The notes under the pieces are model-generated. The model was not told the origin of the DNA. It ran no database searches and saw nothing but the letters and a program-made list of their open reading frames with translations. Both the position numbers and the translations under genes were made by a program. A stretch of 64,000 nt of DNA from Nanobdellota archaeon. Its GTDB lineage: Archaea; Nanobdellota; Nanobdellia; Pacearchaeales; GW2011-AR1. Shown one piece after another: positions 39,226 to 48,800 of this stretch (position 1 is the stretch's first letter; every line of letters starts with the position of its first letter). The stretch is from contig JAHJSH010000029.1 of the NCBI GenBank assembly GCA_018830525.1, positions 105,697 through 169,696 of the forward strand, given 5' to 3'.

Positions 39226-39495
39226 TTATTGATGCTTTTTATAAATTTCGTATGCTTTGTTGGAGATTCTCCACCTTAATCTTCGTGAATATTGAAACCC
39301 TTGAGAATTTTTATCAATTTTTTTCACTAATTCTTTTTTTTCTAAATCTTTTAGCAAATCTTTCATGAATTCTTCGTCTCTTGCGAGCTCTTTTGCGATG
39401 TCAGAAGTGAAAACTTGTTTTGGGAATACAGAATATAAGTAGGAAAGTATTTGTTCGGCGATCTTCTCTTTTTTTTGGTCTGAAATTTTGGGCAT
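39226..39495 (-). CDS. Small winged-helix protein
   Basis: FTSDIAKELARDEEF..LL.DLEKK.LV helix-turn-helix pattern. Confidence 0.75.
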   Translation of the reverse strand: MPKISDQKKEKIAEQILSYLYSVFPKQVFTSDIAKELARDEEFMKDLLKDLEKKELVKKIDKNSQGFQYSRRLRWRISNKAYEIYKKHQ

Positions 39496-39573
39496 ATTGC
39501 AATAAAGTTATTCGGTTTTATAATCTTTTGGTTTAATCGTAAGATTTATATTCTGATTTTCTATTGATAGGGA

Positions 39574-41133
39574 ATGAAATTGGGGTGGAAATTATTAATA
39601 GCCGTAGTTTTGCTCTTGTCATTGGGCTCTTTGTATTTAATAGAGGACAAATTTATGGGAAATGTTGTTTGGGAGCCGATTACTATGGTGGATAATTGTA
39701 GTGATACGGATATTCGGGCGCTTTGGAATGAGGTGTTCCCAACGATAAGCCCTATAGGTATAACTATTTTTAATAAAACTGGGACTAATTGTAAAGAGTT
39801 TGTCGCGTTGGAGCAAGTAGGGGTTGGACCGGTTTATTTTTTATATGGAAATAATACTTACACTTCTGAAATGAATATGACTTGGGTTAATGCGACTTAT
39901 GGTAATTTAACCTCTGTTGCGGCTGCGGCTGCGGCAGGACATACTGACTTCGCAGGAATATACTCTTTCCTACTTGGTCTTGATGAGGAAGATTTTATCG
40001 ATTGGGATGTGACAGATAACACAACGGCGATGACGAAGTTTCAGAATGTGATTGGTGCAACAGCACCTTATTTTATTGACGTTCCTACAAACACTGATTG
40101 GTTTGGTTTTTTGGACCTTGAGTTGGACATGCATGTTCCGGGTACTTCGACGTCATTGCTTTATGAAGGATATGTTTCAAAGAATTATTCTAGGGTGTCT
40201 ATGGGTTACTTTAATAGCTCTAGTTATACAGCTTTTGATGTTAACGCCCCAACACTCCTCGAGAATATCTCAGATTATAATTTCGAGCAGAATAGTTCTT
40301 GGAATACGGCGTTTGCTATCGCTGATCACTTTGTTATGGATCCTGATGTTTATGTGGGATTTAGTTATACTGGGGGGGGGACTAATGCTGGAGGGGTCTT
40401 GGTTAACTGGACGATTGAGAATGGACAGGTAAAGTTCAATCCAGCAACAGGTTTTAATGGTTCTCTCGAGTTTATGCTTTCGGCAATGGGAGATGGGGGG
40501 ACAACAGATTCCAATTTCTTTTGGGTTAATATCGTCCCCGATATTAATTATCCTCCGGTTTTTACAGGGATTATAGATGATATTCTTCTTAATCGAACTA
40601 CAAATTTGAGTATTTTCCTTGGTCAGTATTTTGAAGACCCCGATGAGACAACATTAATTTATAACGTTTCTAATGAGAATAACATGGGAATAGTTTTTGC
40701 GGGGGGAGAAATGTATATTTGGTTAAAATCTAATTTTACGGGTTTTGAGAATTTTAAGATTACGGCGAGCGACGGGGTTTACCAAATATCAAGTAATAAA
40801 ATCACTGTTTTTTTAGATAATAGTAGTGGTTCTAGTAGTGGAGAAGATCCTTTGGGGGATTTTGTGGATGATTCTACTTTGGTTGTCCCTAGAGGTCTTT
40901 CGGCCCCGGGGACGACAGAAAACAACTCAGGGGATGGTTCGGAGGGGGGAGGAAAAATAGGATTTTGGATTTTTATTATTGTTGGGGTTGTGTTGGTTTT
41001 GTCGGCTGTGGGAGTGGTAATTTATTTTAAATTCTTTGATCAAGGGCCTGTTCAAGGGCCTGTTCAGAAAAATACGGCAGTTAGTGATTATTTGAATAAG
41101 ATTAATTCTCAGAATTTTGAACAACAATACTAA
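39574..41133 (+). CDS. Cell-surface glycoprotein with Ig/cadherin-like domains
   Basis: Signal peptide, N.PP.F, F.DPD and I.ASDG motifs, many N-x-S/T sites, C-terminal TM. Confidence 0.75.
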   Translation: MKLGWKLLIAVVLLLSLGSLYLIEDKFMGNVVWEPITMVDNCSDTDIRALWNEVFPTISPIGITIFNKTGTNCKEFVALEQVGVGPVYFLYGNNTYTSEMNMTWVNATYGNLTSVAAAAAAGHTDFAGIYSFLLGLDEEDFIDWDVTDNTTAMTKFQNVIGATAPYFIDVPTNTDWFGFLDLELDMHVPGTSTSLLYEGYVSKNYSRVSMGYFNSSSYTAFDVNAPTLLENISDYNFEQNSSWNTAFAIADHFVMDPDVYVGFSYTGGGTNAGGVLVNWTIENGQVKFNPATGFNGSLEFMLSAMGDGGTTDSNFFWVNIVPDINYPPVFTGIIDDILLNRTTNLSIFLGQYFEDPDETTLIYNVSNENNMGIVFAGGEMYIWLKSNFTGFENFKITASDGVYQISSNKITVFLDNSSGSSSGEDPLGDFVDDSTLVVPRGLSAPGTTENNSGDGSEGGGKIGFWIFIIVGVVLVLSAVGVVIYFKFFDQGPVQGPVQKNTAVSDYLNKINSQNFEQQY

Positions 41134-41139
41134 CACTCA

Positions 41140-41187
41140 TACCCGAATCGAACGGGGATGCCCCGAAGGGCCGCGGGTTCGAGCCGC
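41140..41187 (-). pseudogene. 3' part of a split tRNA-Ser copy (5' part at 41321-41346)
   Basis: Near-identical to 41223-41271. Confidence 0.8.
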
Positions 41188-41216
41188 CACTCTCAAAATT
41201 TGCGTTTCGTTAAAGA

Positions 41217-41297
41217 CGCCTGTACCCCGAATCGAACGGGGATGCCCCGAAGGGCCGCGGGTTCGAGCCGCGTGCGATACCATTACGCGATACAGGC
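41217..41297 (-). tRNA. tRNA-Ser(CGA)
   Basis: Acceptor GCCTGTA/TACAGGC-G, stem CGCGG/CCGCG, loop CT-CGA-AC, variable arm GCCC-TTCG-GGGC. Confidence 0.93.
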
Positions 41298-41395
41298 ACA
41301 TGCTTAAAGCGAATTTTTTGGCAATACCAATTATGCGATACGAGCAACTTATTTAGTTATATTAATAGAAAAGAGATCTTATTAAAATTATGGAA

Positions 41396-41794
41396 TTATT
41401 TCTTTAAGCTTAATAAGGGGAGTTGGATATGGAGAGGTAACCCAAGTTCGTCTTCAAGAGCGAAGGCCTTAATCGACGATTTTCTGATGATTAGATTTGT
41501 AATCGCTACCTGTTCTTCTGTGTCGAATTTTTTATCCTTCCAAGATTTTTGGATTTCTTTGATGGTTTTAGAGTCTGCCGAAACAAACAGAGTTCCTTCA
41601 ATAGAGATGTTTCCTAATTCTTTGTAATCGACCACTAATTCATAATCTATTTTTAGGGAATCTTTCGAATCTTTAAATTTGTCGATGTTGACAAGTTTGA
41701 CGTTTGTGCTAATTTCTAATTGGCCCGAAAATTCTGGTTTTCTCTCTCCAGAGAGTTTAGAAAATCTTGCACCGAGTAATTTTATTTCTGCCAT
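41396..41794 (-). CDS. Hypothetical protein (SecB-like beta-rich pattern)
   Basis: Beta-rich ORF ending LGLPLHIQLP. Confidence 0.6.
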   Translation of the reverse strand: MAEIKLLGARFSKLSGERKPEFSGQLEISTNVKLVNIDKFKDSKDSLKIDYELVVDYKELGNISIEGTLFVSADSKTIKEIQKSWKDKKFDTEEQVAITNLIIRKSSIKAFALEDELGLPLHIQLPLLSLKK

Positions 41795-41896
41795 GTTTAA
41801 TTTTGATAATTTGAGTTTATAAAACTTCCTGTAAACTTTATAAACAAATGTTTATTGCTTTACCTGATTGGTGTCTCTGGTGGGCTATAAATCTTT

Positions 41897-42151
41897 TTAT
41901 AATAAATCTTCTTCGGAAACTACTATAAAGTCGCCGACTGCGATTACTGCATTGTATGGAATTAATGCTTCCCTATCTTTTGTTCTTTCTAAAGATAAAT
42001 TCGAGGTATAAGGTGTTAGATCTCTGAGGACAATATGGATTAATTCCCCAGTTCTTGCCTCGAAAGTAATGTCTTTTACAACCCCTAGTTTTTTCCCTTC
42101 TTTTGTTACAATTTGTTTCCCGAGAAGAGCTTTGAAAGGTTTTTTATCCAT
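41897..42151 (-). CDS. PRC-barrel protein
   Basis: LLGKQIVT.EG..LG.V.DI....TG and IPY..V.AVGDFIVV motifs. Confidence 0.9.
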   Translation of the reverse strand: MDKKPFKALLGKQIVTKEGKKLGVVKDITFEARTGELIHIVLRDLTPYTSNLSLERTKDREALIPYNAVIAVGDFIVVSEEDLL

Positions 42152-42299
42152 GGGTTGATTAGATGTAAATTGTTTATAAATCTTTCTTTTGGATTTTTAT
42201 TGAATAATAGTAGTGAAGTAATTAGATTTTTAGAGAGATTTTTAAATATTGGGGTGGGAATTATAAGGATTGTGCGAACTTTATTATTTTTTATCTCCT

Positions 42300-42743
42300 G
42301 ACCCTATGGTTGCGTATGGAAAGATTTATAAAAGTTTTTAGGGATTTTTGAATTTTATTTTATAATTTTTATTTATAAATATTTATATTATATATTATAT
42401 ATATTATATTATATACTATTAGTATATCTATATTTCAATTTAGTATATTTTAGTATAACTGTATTTCAATTTAGTATATTTTAGTATAACCTTTTTTAGA
42501 AAAGTGGGGGTGGTGATAAAAATATTTAATATTATTTTTTATTTCCTTTGGAGGGGAAATAAGGGGGTCAGAGGATATTGCTCTTAAATTGATCTATCGA
42601 GGGGGGGTTTTTGTTTTTTTGTGATGATTTTTGTTTTTTTGGATGTTATTACTTCTAGATGAAATGGTGGTGGTGAGGGTATGATTTCCAGTATATGAAA
42701 GTTTAAATAGTTCAAAGTTTGGGGTTATTTATGGGTGTAAAAA
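42300..42743. other. Candidate replication origin upstream of cdc6
   Basis: Extreme AT tract 42345-42490 with a 29-bp repeat (42431, 42462); G-strings; ORB-like TTTCCTTTGGAGGGG (42542) and TTCTAGATGAAAT (42653). Confidence 0.6.
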
Positions 42744-43958
42744 ATGGGTGTTGAATTAGGAGATATTTTTAATTCGGCGGTAAATAATAGTTTATTTAAG
42801 AATAAGGGGGTTTTACAGGCCCGTTATACTCCAGAGTCAATTCCTCATAGGGATGTTCAGATTAAATCTATCGCAGGAATTTTGGCTTCAACATTGAGGG
42901 GAGAGCGCCCGAGTAATCTTTTTGTCTATGGGAAAACCGGAACGGGAAAGACACTTTCGGTTTTGTATGTTCGAGATGAGTTGATAAAAAAGGCGGAGGA
43001 ACTAAATGTTGATGTTCGGTTTGAATATCTTAATTGCAAATTGAAGAAGGTTGCGGACACAGAATATAGGATTTTGGCTGCATTGATTGGTCAGTTGGGT
43101 GGGTCGGTTCCTTCCACGGGTCTTCCGACGGACCAGGTTTGGTCTAAGTTTATCGAGTTGGTGGATAGCAAGAAACAATTGATTGTTTTTATTTTGGATG
43201 AGGTTGATCAAGCGGTGAAGAAGATGAGTGATAATTTTCTTTATTCCTTGACGAGGCTTAATGCTGAATTGAGCCAGGCGCAGATTTCTATTATTGGGAT
43301 TTCTAATGATGTAACTTTTTTAGAGAATATAGATCCTCGTGTTCGTTCGAGTCTTGGTGAGGAGGAGTTTGTTTTTCCACCTTATAATGCTCCTCAATTG
43401 ATTGATATTCTTAAGGGGCGTTGTGAGGGGGCTTTTAAAGTGAGCGTTATTGAAGAGGGGGTTGTTGAAAAGTGCGCGGCTTATGCGGCCCGGGAACATG
43501 GTGACGCGCGTCGTGCTTTAGATTTATTGAGGATTGCAGGAGAATTAAGTGAGCGTGAGGGTGAAGAGCATGTGGGGGAAAAATATATTGATTTAGCGAA
43601 TAGAAAGATGGAGAGGGACAAGATTTTGGATATTGTGGAGGCTGAGCCGAAGCAGTTTCAATTGGTCTTGTATTCTATCCTGCGTTTGACCCGGCAGGCA
43701 AAAGAAGGAGGGCTTGAGAGGTTTTATACGGGGGATGTCTATAATTATTATCGTTCGGTTTGCGAACAAACGAAGACGGACGCTCTAACACAGAGGAGGA
43801 TTTCAGATATTATCGCAGAGATTGATATGTTGGGGTTGATTAATGCGAAGGTCATTTCTAAAGGACGACATGGTCGTACTAGAGAGATTAAACTTTCGGT
43901 TCCTTCGAATTTGTTTGATAAGGTCGAAGATATTTTGAATGAGAGTTTGGGTTTGTAG
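42744..43958 (+). CDS. cdc6: Orc1/Cdc6 replication initiator
   Basis: GKTGTGKT, ILDEVD, HGDARRALDLLR motifs and a C-terminal WH. Confidence 0.97.
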   Translation: MGVELGDIFNSAVNNSLFKNKGVLQARYTPESIPHRDVQIKSIAGILASTLRGERPSNLFVYGKTGTGKTLSVLYVRDELIKKAEELNVDVRFEYLNCKLKKVADTEYRILAALIGQLGGSVPSTGLPTDQVWSKFIELVDSKKQLIVFILDEVDQAVKKMSDNFLYSLTRLNAELSQAQISIIGISNDVTFLENIDPRVRSSLGEEEFVFPPYNAPQLIDILKGRCEGAFKVSVIEEGVVEKCAAYAAREHGDARRALDLLRIAGELSEREGEEHVGEKYIDLANRKMERDKILDIVEAEPKQFQLVLYSILRLTRQAKEGGLERFYTGDVYNYYRSVCEQTKTDALTQRRISDIIAEIDMLGLINAKVISKGRHGRTREIKLSVPSNLFDKVEDILNESLGL

Positions 43959-44217
43959 CGTTGTTGCTTTGAAGTGAGACTAAGATTATATAAAGAGCTG
44001 CGATTTACTTGAAATATAAGGGCCCGAAAAATGGCCCGTACTGAGGACAATTCCCATCGGAATGTAGTTTCCTCGTTTTTAAAATGGCAAAAGCAAATCA
44101 AGGATTTCCGATCGCCATTTTTGGAAAACTTAAAAATGGCAAGTGAAATATTGAAACTTTGTATGAGTAAAGTGACATCAGAGGTGTCTCATGTTTTCAT
44201 CCAACCGGAGGTTTTTC

Positions 44218-45855
44218 ATGGCGGATAATATTTTGCGCGACTGTATGAAAAAAGGATTTCTTTTAGACAAGGAGATGTTGGGGTTACTTTCTGATTTGAC
44301 AGAGGAGGGTGTGGCAAATGTTATTGGGGTCCTTGGTAATTTGGGGATTGAGGAGAGGGTGATTAATAAGAGATTGTTTGAAAAACATTTTGATAAATTT
44401 AGGGGCCTGTTGATTGCTGAGCAAGGTCAGGACGAAATTCATAATTTTTTCGAAGGGTTGGGTTATAAGAAGGAGGAGGAGATTATAGGGGGGGCGGTTG
44501 AAGAAGATGAGGGGGTGTGTGGGAAGGTTAAATTGATTTCTGCGCCGGCGTTTCCACAGAAGAAAATTGAAGTGGGAGATTTTGTTAAACATTTTCGCTC
44601 CCGTTATGAGTCAATTAAATCGATGTTGGAAAACAGAGATTTTGAGAATTTGACTTCGATTCGGAAAATTGGGCAAGATAGGGGTAGCTATACTATTATT
44701 GCTGCGGTTTTTGGGAAAAGGATTACGAAGAATAAGAATTTGTTTTTGGAAGTTGAAGATTTAACTGGAAATTCTATTGTTTTGATTAACCAGAATAAGA
44801 AGGAGGTTTTTGAGAAGGCGAAAGATTTGTTGAACGATGATATTGTCGCGTTTAATGTTTCTGGAACTTCGGAGATGTTGTTTGCTAATGATGTGATTTT
44901 TCCAGAAGCAAGTTTGTCCGAGAAGAGATATAGTGATTTTGATGAGTATGTTGCATTCGCGGGGGATTTTCATGCAGGTTCGACTATGTTTTTGGAGAAG
45001 AATCTTTTGAAGTTTATTAAGTGGTTGAATGGGGCAGAGGGAGATGAGAAGCAGAGGGCACTCGCGAAAAAGGTTAAATATCTTTTATTGACAGGAGATA
45101 ATATTGATGGAGTTGGTCATTATCCTGGGCAGGAGAAGTACCTGACTCATCTGACTTCTCGAGGCCAATATGATAAAGTCGAAGAGATTATTAAATTGAT
45201 TCGAAAAGATATTAAGATTATTATGTGCCCCGGGCAGCACGACGCGGTTTGGGTTGGGGAACCTCAACCAATAATCGGCGAGAGGTTTGCCGAAGGATTG
45301 CATCACATTGATAATCTGACTTTAGTTCCTAATCCTGCATTGATTGAAATTGATGGAGGATTTCGGATTTTGATGTATCATGGGGCGAGTATAAATAGAT
45401 TTATTGATGAGATCCCAGATATTCGAACTAAGTTTGGGCATACTTCTCCTACAAGGGTTGTGCGGGAGATGTTGAAGAGAAGGCATCTCGCCCCGATTCA
45501 TGGGGGTATGGATTATATTCCTTGTGAACGTGGAGACCCGATGGTGATTGATAAGATCCCGGACATTATTGCTACGGCGGACCAGCATCGTGCGGAAGTC
45601 TCAACATATAATAATATTTTGATGATTGCAAGTTCATGCTGGCAATCAATGACCCCGTTTGAGGAAAAAGTTGGAAATGTTCCCGATCCTTGTAAGGTTC
45701 CCCTGTTTAATTTGAAAACTAGGGAGATTAAGATGCTTGATTTTTCTGATGAGTTGAAAGAGATTGAATGTGCTCCAGGAGGGCATGACCCTACTGGCTC
45801 TGAAGACGGTGAGGAGTTAGTTTGTAAATTGGAGGGAAAAGATGGTAGCTCATAA
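44218..45855 (+). CDS. polB: DNA polymerase D small subunit DP1
   Basis: OB fold (EDLTG), D.H.GS, GD.IDG, PG.HD, YHG and RHLAP motifs. Confidence 0.93.
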   Translation: MADNILRDCMKKGFLLDKEMLGLLSDLTEEGVANVIGVLGNLGIEERVINKRLFEKHFDKFRGLLIAEQGQDEIHNFFEGLGYKKEEEIIGGAVEEDEGVCGKVKLISAPAFPQKKIEVGDFVKHFRSRYESIKSMLENRDFENLTSIRKIGQDRGSYTIIAAVFGKRITKNKNLFLEVEDLTGNSIVLINQNKKEVFEKAKDLLNDDIVAFNVSGTSEMLFANDVIFPEASLSEKRYSDFDEYVAFAGDFHAGSTMFLEKNLLKFIKWLNGAEGDEKQRALAKKVKYLLLTGDNIDGVGHYPGQEKYLTHLTSRGQYDKVEEIIKLIRKDIKIIMCPGQHDAVWVGEPQPIIGERFAEGLHHIDNLTLVPNPALIEIDGGFRILMYHGASINRFIDEIPDIRTKFGHTSPTRVVREMLKRRHLAPIHGGMDYIPCERGDPMVIDKIPDIIATADQHRAEVSTYNNILMIASSCWQSMTPFEEKVGNVPDPCKVPLFNLKTREIKMLDFSDELKEIECAPGGHDPTGSEDGEELVCKLEGKDGSS

Positions 45856-48800
45856 AAAAGAAAAGTATGATTGGGATACGGAGAAATATTTTACTGATTT
45901 GAAGACAGGGGTCGATAAAGAATATGTGGTTGCTAATGCTGCTAGGGCGAAGGGAATTGATCCTACAGACCATGTGGAGATTCCTTTAGCGATGACTATG
46001 GCAGAGAAGTCTGTGGGGTTGGTTACGACAATTTATCCTGATATCCCTATTAAGGAGATTAGTGATAGGATGTTAGAGTTGGAGGAAAAGTATGGGCAGT
46101 TGGATACGACGGTTGCGTTTGATATTGCTCGAGAGATTGCCGAGGAAAAGTATTGTAAGTTTAAGGATCAATTGGAAGCGATTGATTGCGGGATTCGTGT
46201 GGGGTTTGCTTATATCACCCTAGGAGTTGTTGCGTCCCCGATTGAAGGTTATACTGGTTTGCAATTAGGTAAGACTCGGGATGGGAAAGATTATTTCATT
46301 GCGAATTTTAGTGGGCCAATTCGTTCTGCCGGTACGACAGCGACTTGTGTTGTTCTGATGCTAATTGATTATCTGCGAGAACATTTCGGGTATGCGAAAT
46401 ACGACCCTGATGATACTGAGGTGAAGAGGTATGTTACTGAGAATATAGATTATCATGAGAGGGTTACGAATTTACAGTATTTCCCGACAGAGGAAGAGAT
46501 GATTTTTTTGGCTAAACATTTGCCGATTCAGATTTCTGGGGATCCTACGGAGAAGAGAGAGGTTTCGAATTATAAGGATTTGCCGAGGGTTTCTTCTAAT
46601 TTTATCCGGGGGGGGATGTGTTTGACTTTTAGTGAGGGTCTTGCGCAAAAGGCGGCGAAGGGAGTGATGCGGTTGAGTAGTCCGAAGAAGCATGGTTTGA
46701 TTTGTACGGGTTTTGATTGGTTGGAGGAATATTTAGTGCTTCACAAAAAGCGGGAGAAAGGGAGTGGAGATGTTATTGCAACATATATCAAAGATTTGGT
46801 TGCCGGGCGTCCGGTTTACGGGCATCCTTCTGCTCCGGGGGGATTTAGATTCAGGTATGGTCGGAGTCGGGCCGCGGGTTTCTCTGCAGTTTCTATTCAT
46901 CCAGCGACTATGGGAATTACAAATGGATTTTTGTCTCAGGGTACTCAGTTGAAAATTGAGAAACCTACTAAAGGGTGCATTATCACTTCCTGTGATCATC
47001 TTGATGGACCGATTGTTAAGTTGTTTGATGGTTCGGTCAAAAAGATTAGTGATTTTGAAGAATCGAAGGAGATTTACAAAGATGTCGAGGAGATTATTTA
47101 TTTGGGAGATATTCTTTTTCCGTTAGGAGATGTTATTGACCGGAATGCGATGTTGCCTAAGCCGGGTTATGTCGAGGAATGGTGGGAATTGGAGCTCAAG
47201 GAAAAGATGGAAGTGACTGGGGAGAGTTTTGAAGGTAATGCTTTTGATATTTCACTTGAAGAGGCTGTGGGGATTAGTGAGAAATATTCTTTGCCGTTAC
47301 ATCCCTCTCATATTTTTTATTGGAATCAAATTTCTAAGGAGGATTTTATAGGGTTAATGGATTGGGTGCAGAAAGGTATTTGGCGAGGGCGATTGGTTTT
47401 GCCTTGGGAAAGTTCTATTCGTGGAAAATTTAAAGAAGCAAAGAGGGCCTTAGAAATTTTAGGGGTGGAGCATCAAGTTGTTTTAGATAATGTTGTTGTA
47501 GCTAAAGATGCTAAATCTTTTCTTGTAAATTTGGGATTGCCGTTTATGAAAGAAGGAGATAATTTGAAGGGAGAGGTTAAGAAAATTATTGAAGGAGAGC
47601 TTGGTAGTGATGTCTTGGAGATTGTGAATAAATTTTCAAAATATAAAATCAAAGATAAGGCCGGAACTTTTATTGGGACTCGAATGGGTCGGCCAGAAAA
47701 GGCGAAGCTTCGGAAATTGACAGGAGGCCCAAGTGTATTGTTCCCGATTTCAGATCAAGGGGGGAGATTAAGGAGTGTGCAGGCTGCGGTCGAGGTAGGA
47801 TATATTAAATCTGACTGGCCGATTTTCAAATGTGGTTGTGGGACTGAAACGATTTATCCCGTCTGCGAAAAATGTGGGGAGAAAACTAAGCAGATGTATT
47901 ATTGTAGAGATTGTCGTGTGGCAAAAGAAGAGAAGTGTAAACAGCACGAAGATAATTGTTATAAGTTTTCTAATCGAAAAATTGATTCTAAACATTATTT
48001 TAAAGTTGCACAGGAATTGCTGGGCTATGAGAATTGGGAGATTCCTCCATTGATTAAAGGTGTTAGGGGAACAAGTAGTGATAGTCATGATTTTGAGAAT
48101 TTGGCGAAGGGAATTCTTCGATCGAAGTATAATCTTTGTGTGAATAAAGATGGGACGATTCGTTATGATGGGACTGAGATTCCGTTGACACATTTTAAGC
48201 CGCATGAGATTCGGACGAGTATTGAGAAGTTGAGAGAGTTGGGTTATGAGAAAGATCTGTATGGAGATGATTTGGTTAATGAAAATCAGATTTTGGAATT
48301 GAGGCCGCATGATGTTGTTTTGTCTTCGTGCTCGGTTACGGCGGATGAAAAGGCTGATGATGTTTTTCTTAATATTGCAAATTTTGTTGATGAAGAGTTA
48401 GAAAAATTATATGGTTTGCCAAAATATTATAATTTGAAATCGAAGGAAGATTTGGTTGGGCAGTTGGTTACTTGTATGGCTCCTCATAATTGTGCGGGGG
48501 TTATCGGGCGGATAATCGGGTTTAGTGAATTACAGGGGTTGGTTGCTTCACCTTATATGCATGCCGCTATGCGTCGAGACTGTTTTGATTATAATACATA
48601 TATCTCTATAAAACAAGGCAATGTTTGGAGAAATATTAAAATTGGCGAATTAATTGAAAAATTAAATCCAGAGAAGATTGTTGATGATTATAGGACTATG
48701 GAAAAAAAAGTTAAGGGATTTAAAACAATTGGATTTAATAAGGGATTAAAGGAGGTTGGAGTTAATAATTTTACAAAACATAAAAGATTACAGATGTTAG

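Noticed and set aside
41041..41066. CAAGGGCCTGTT x2
   Set aside because: A simple 12-bp in-frame duplication in a low-complexity tail.
41140..41346. Trans-spliced split tRNA halves
   Set aside because: An intact gene is present, the fragments are degenerate, and no BHB-forming leaders are evident.
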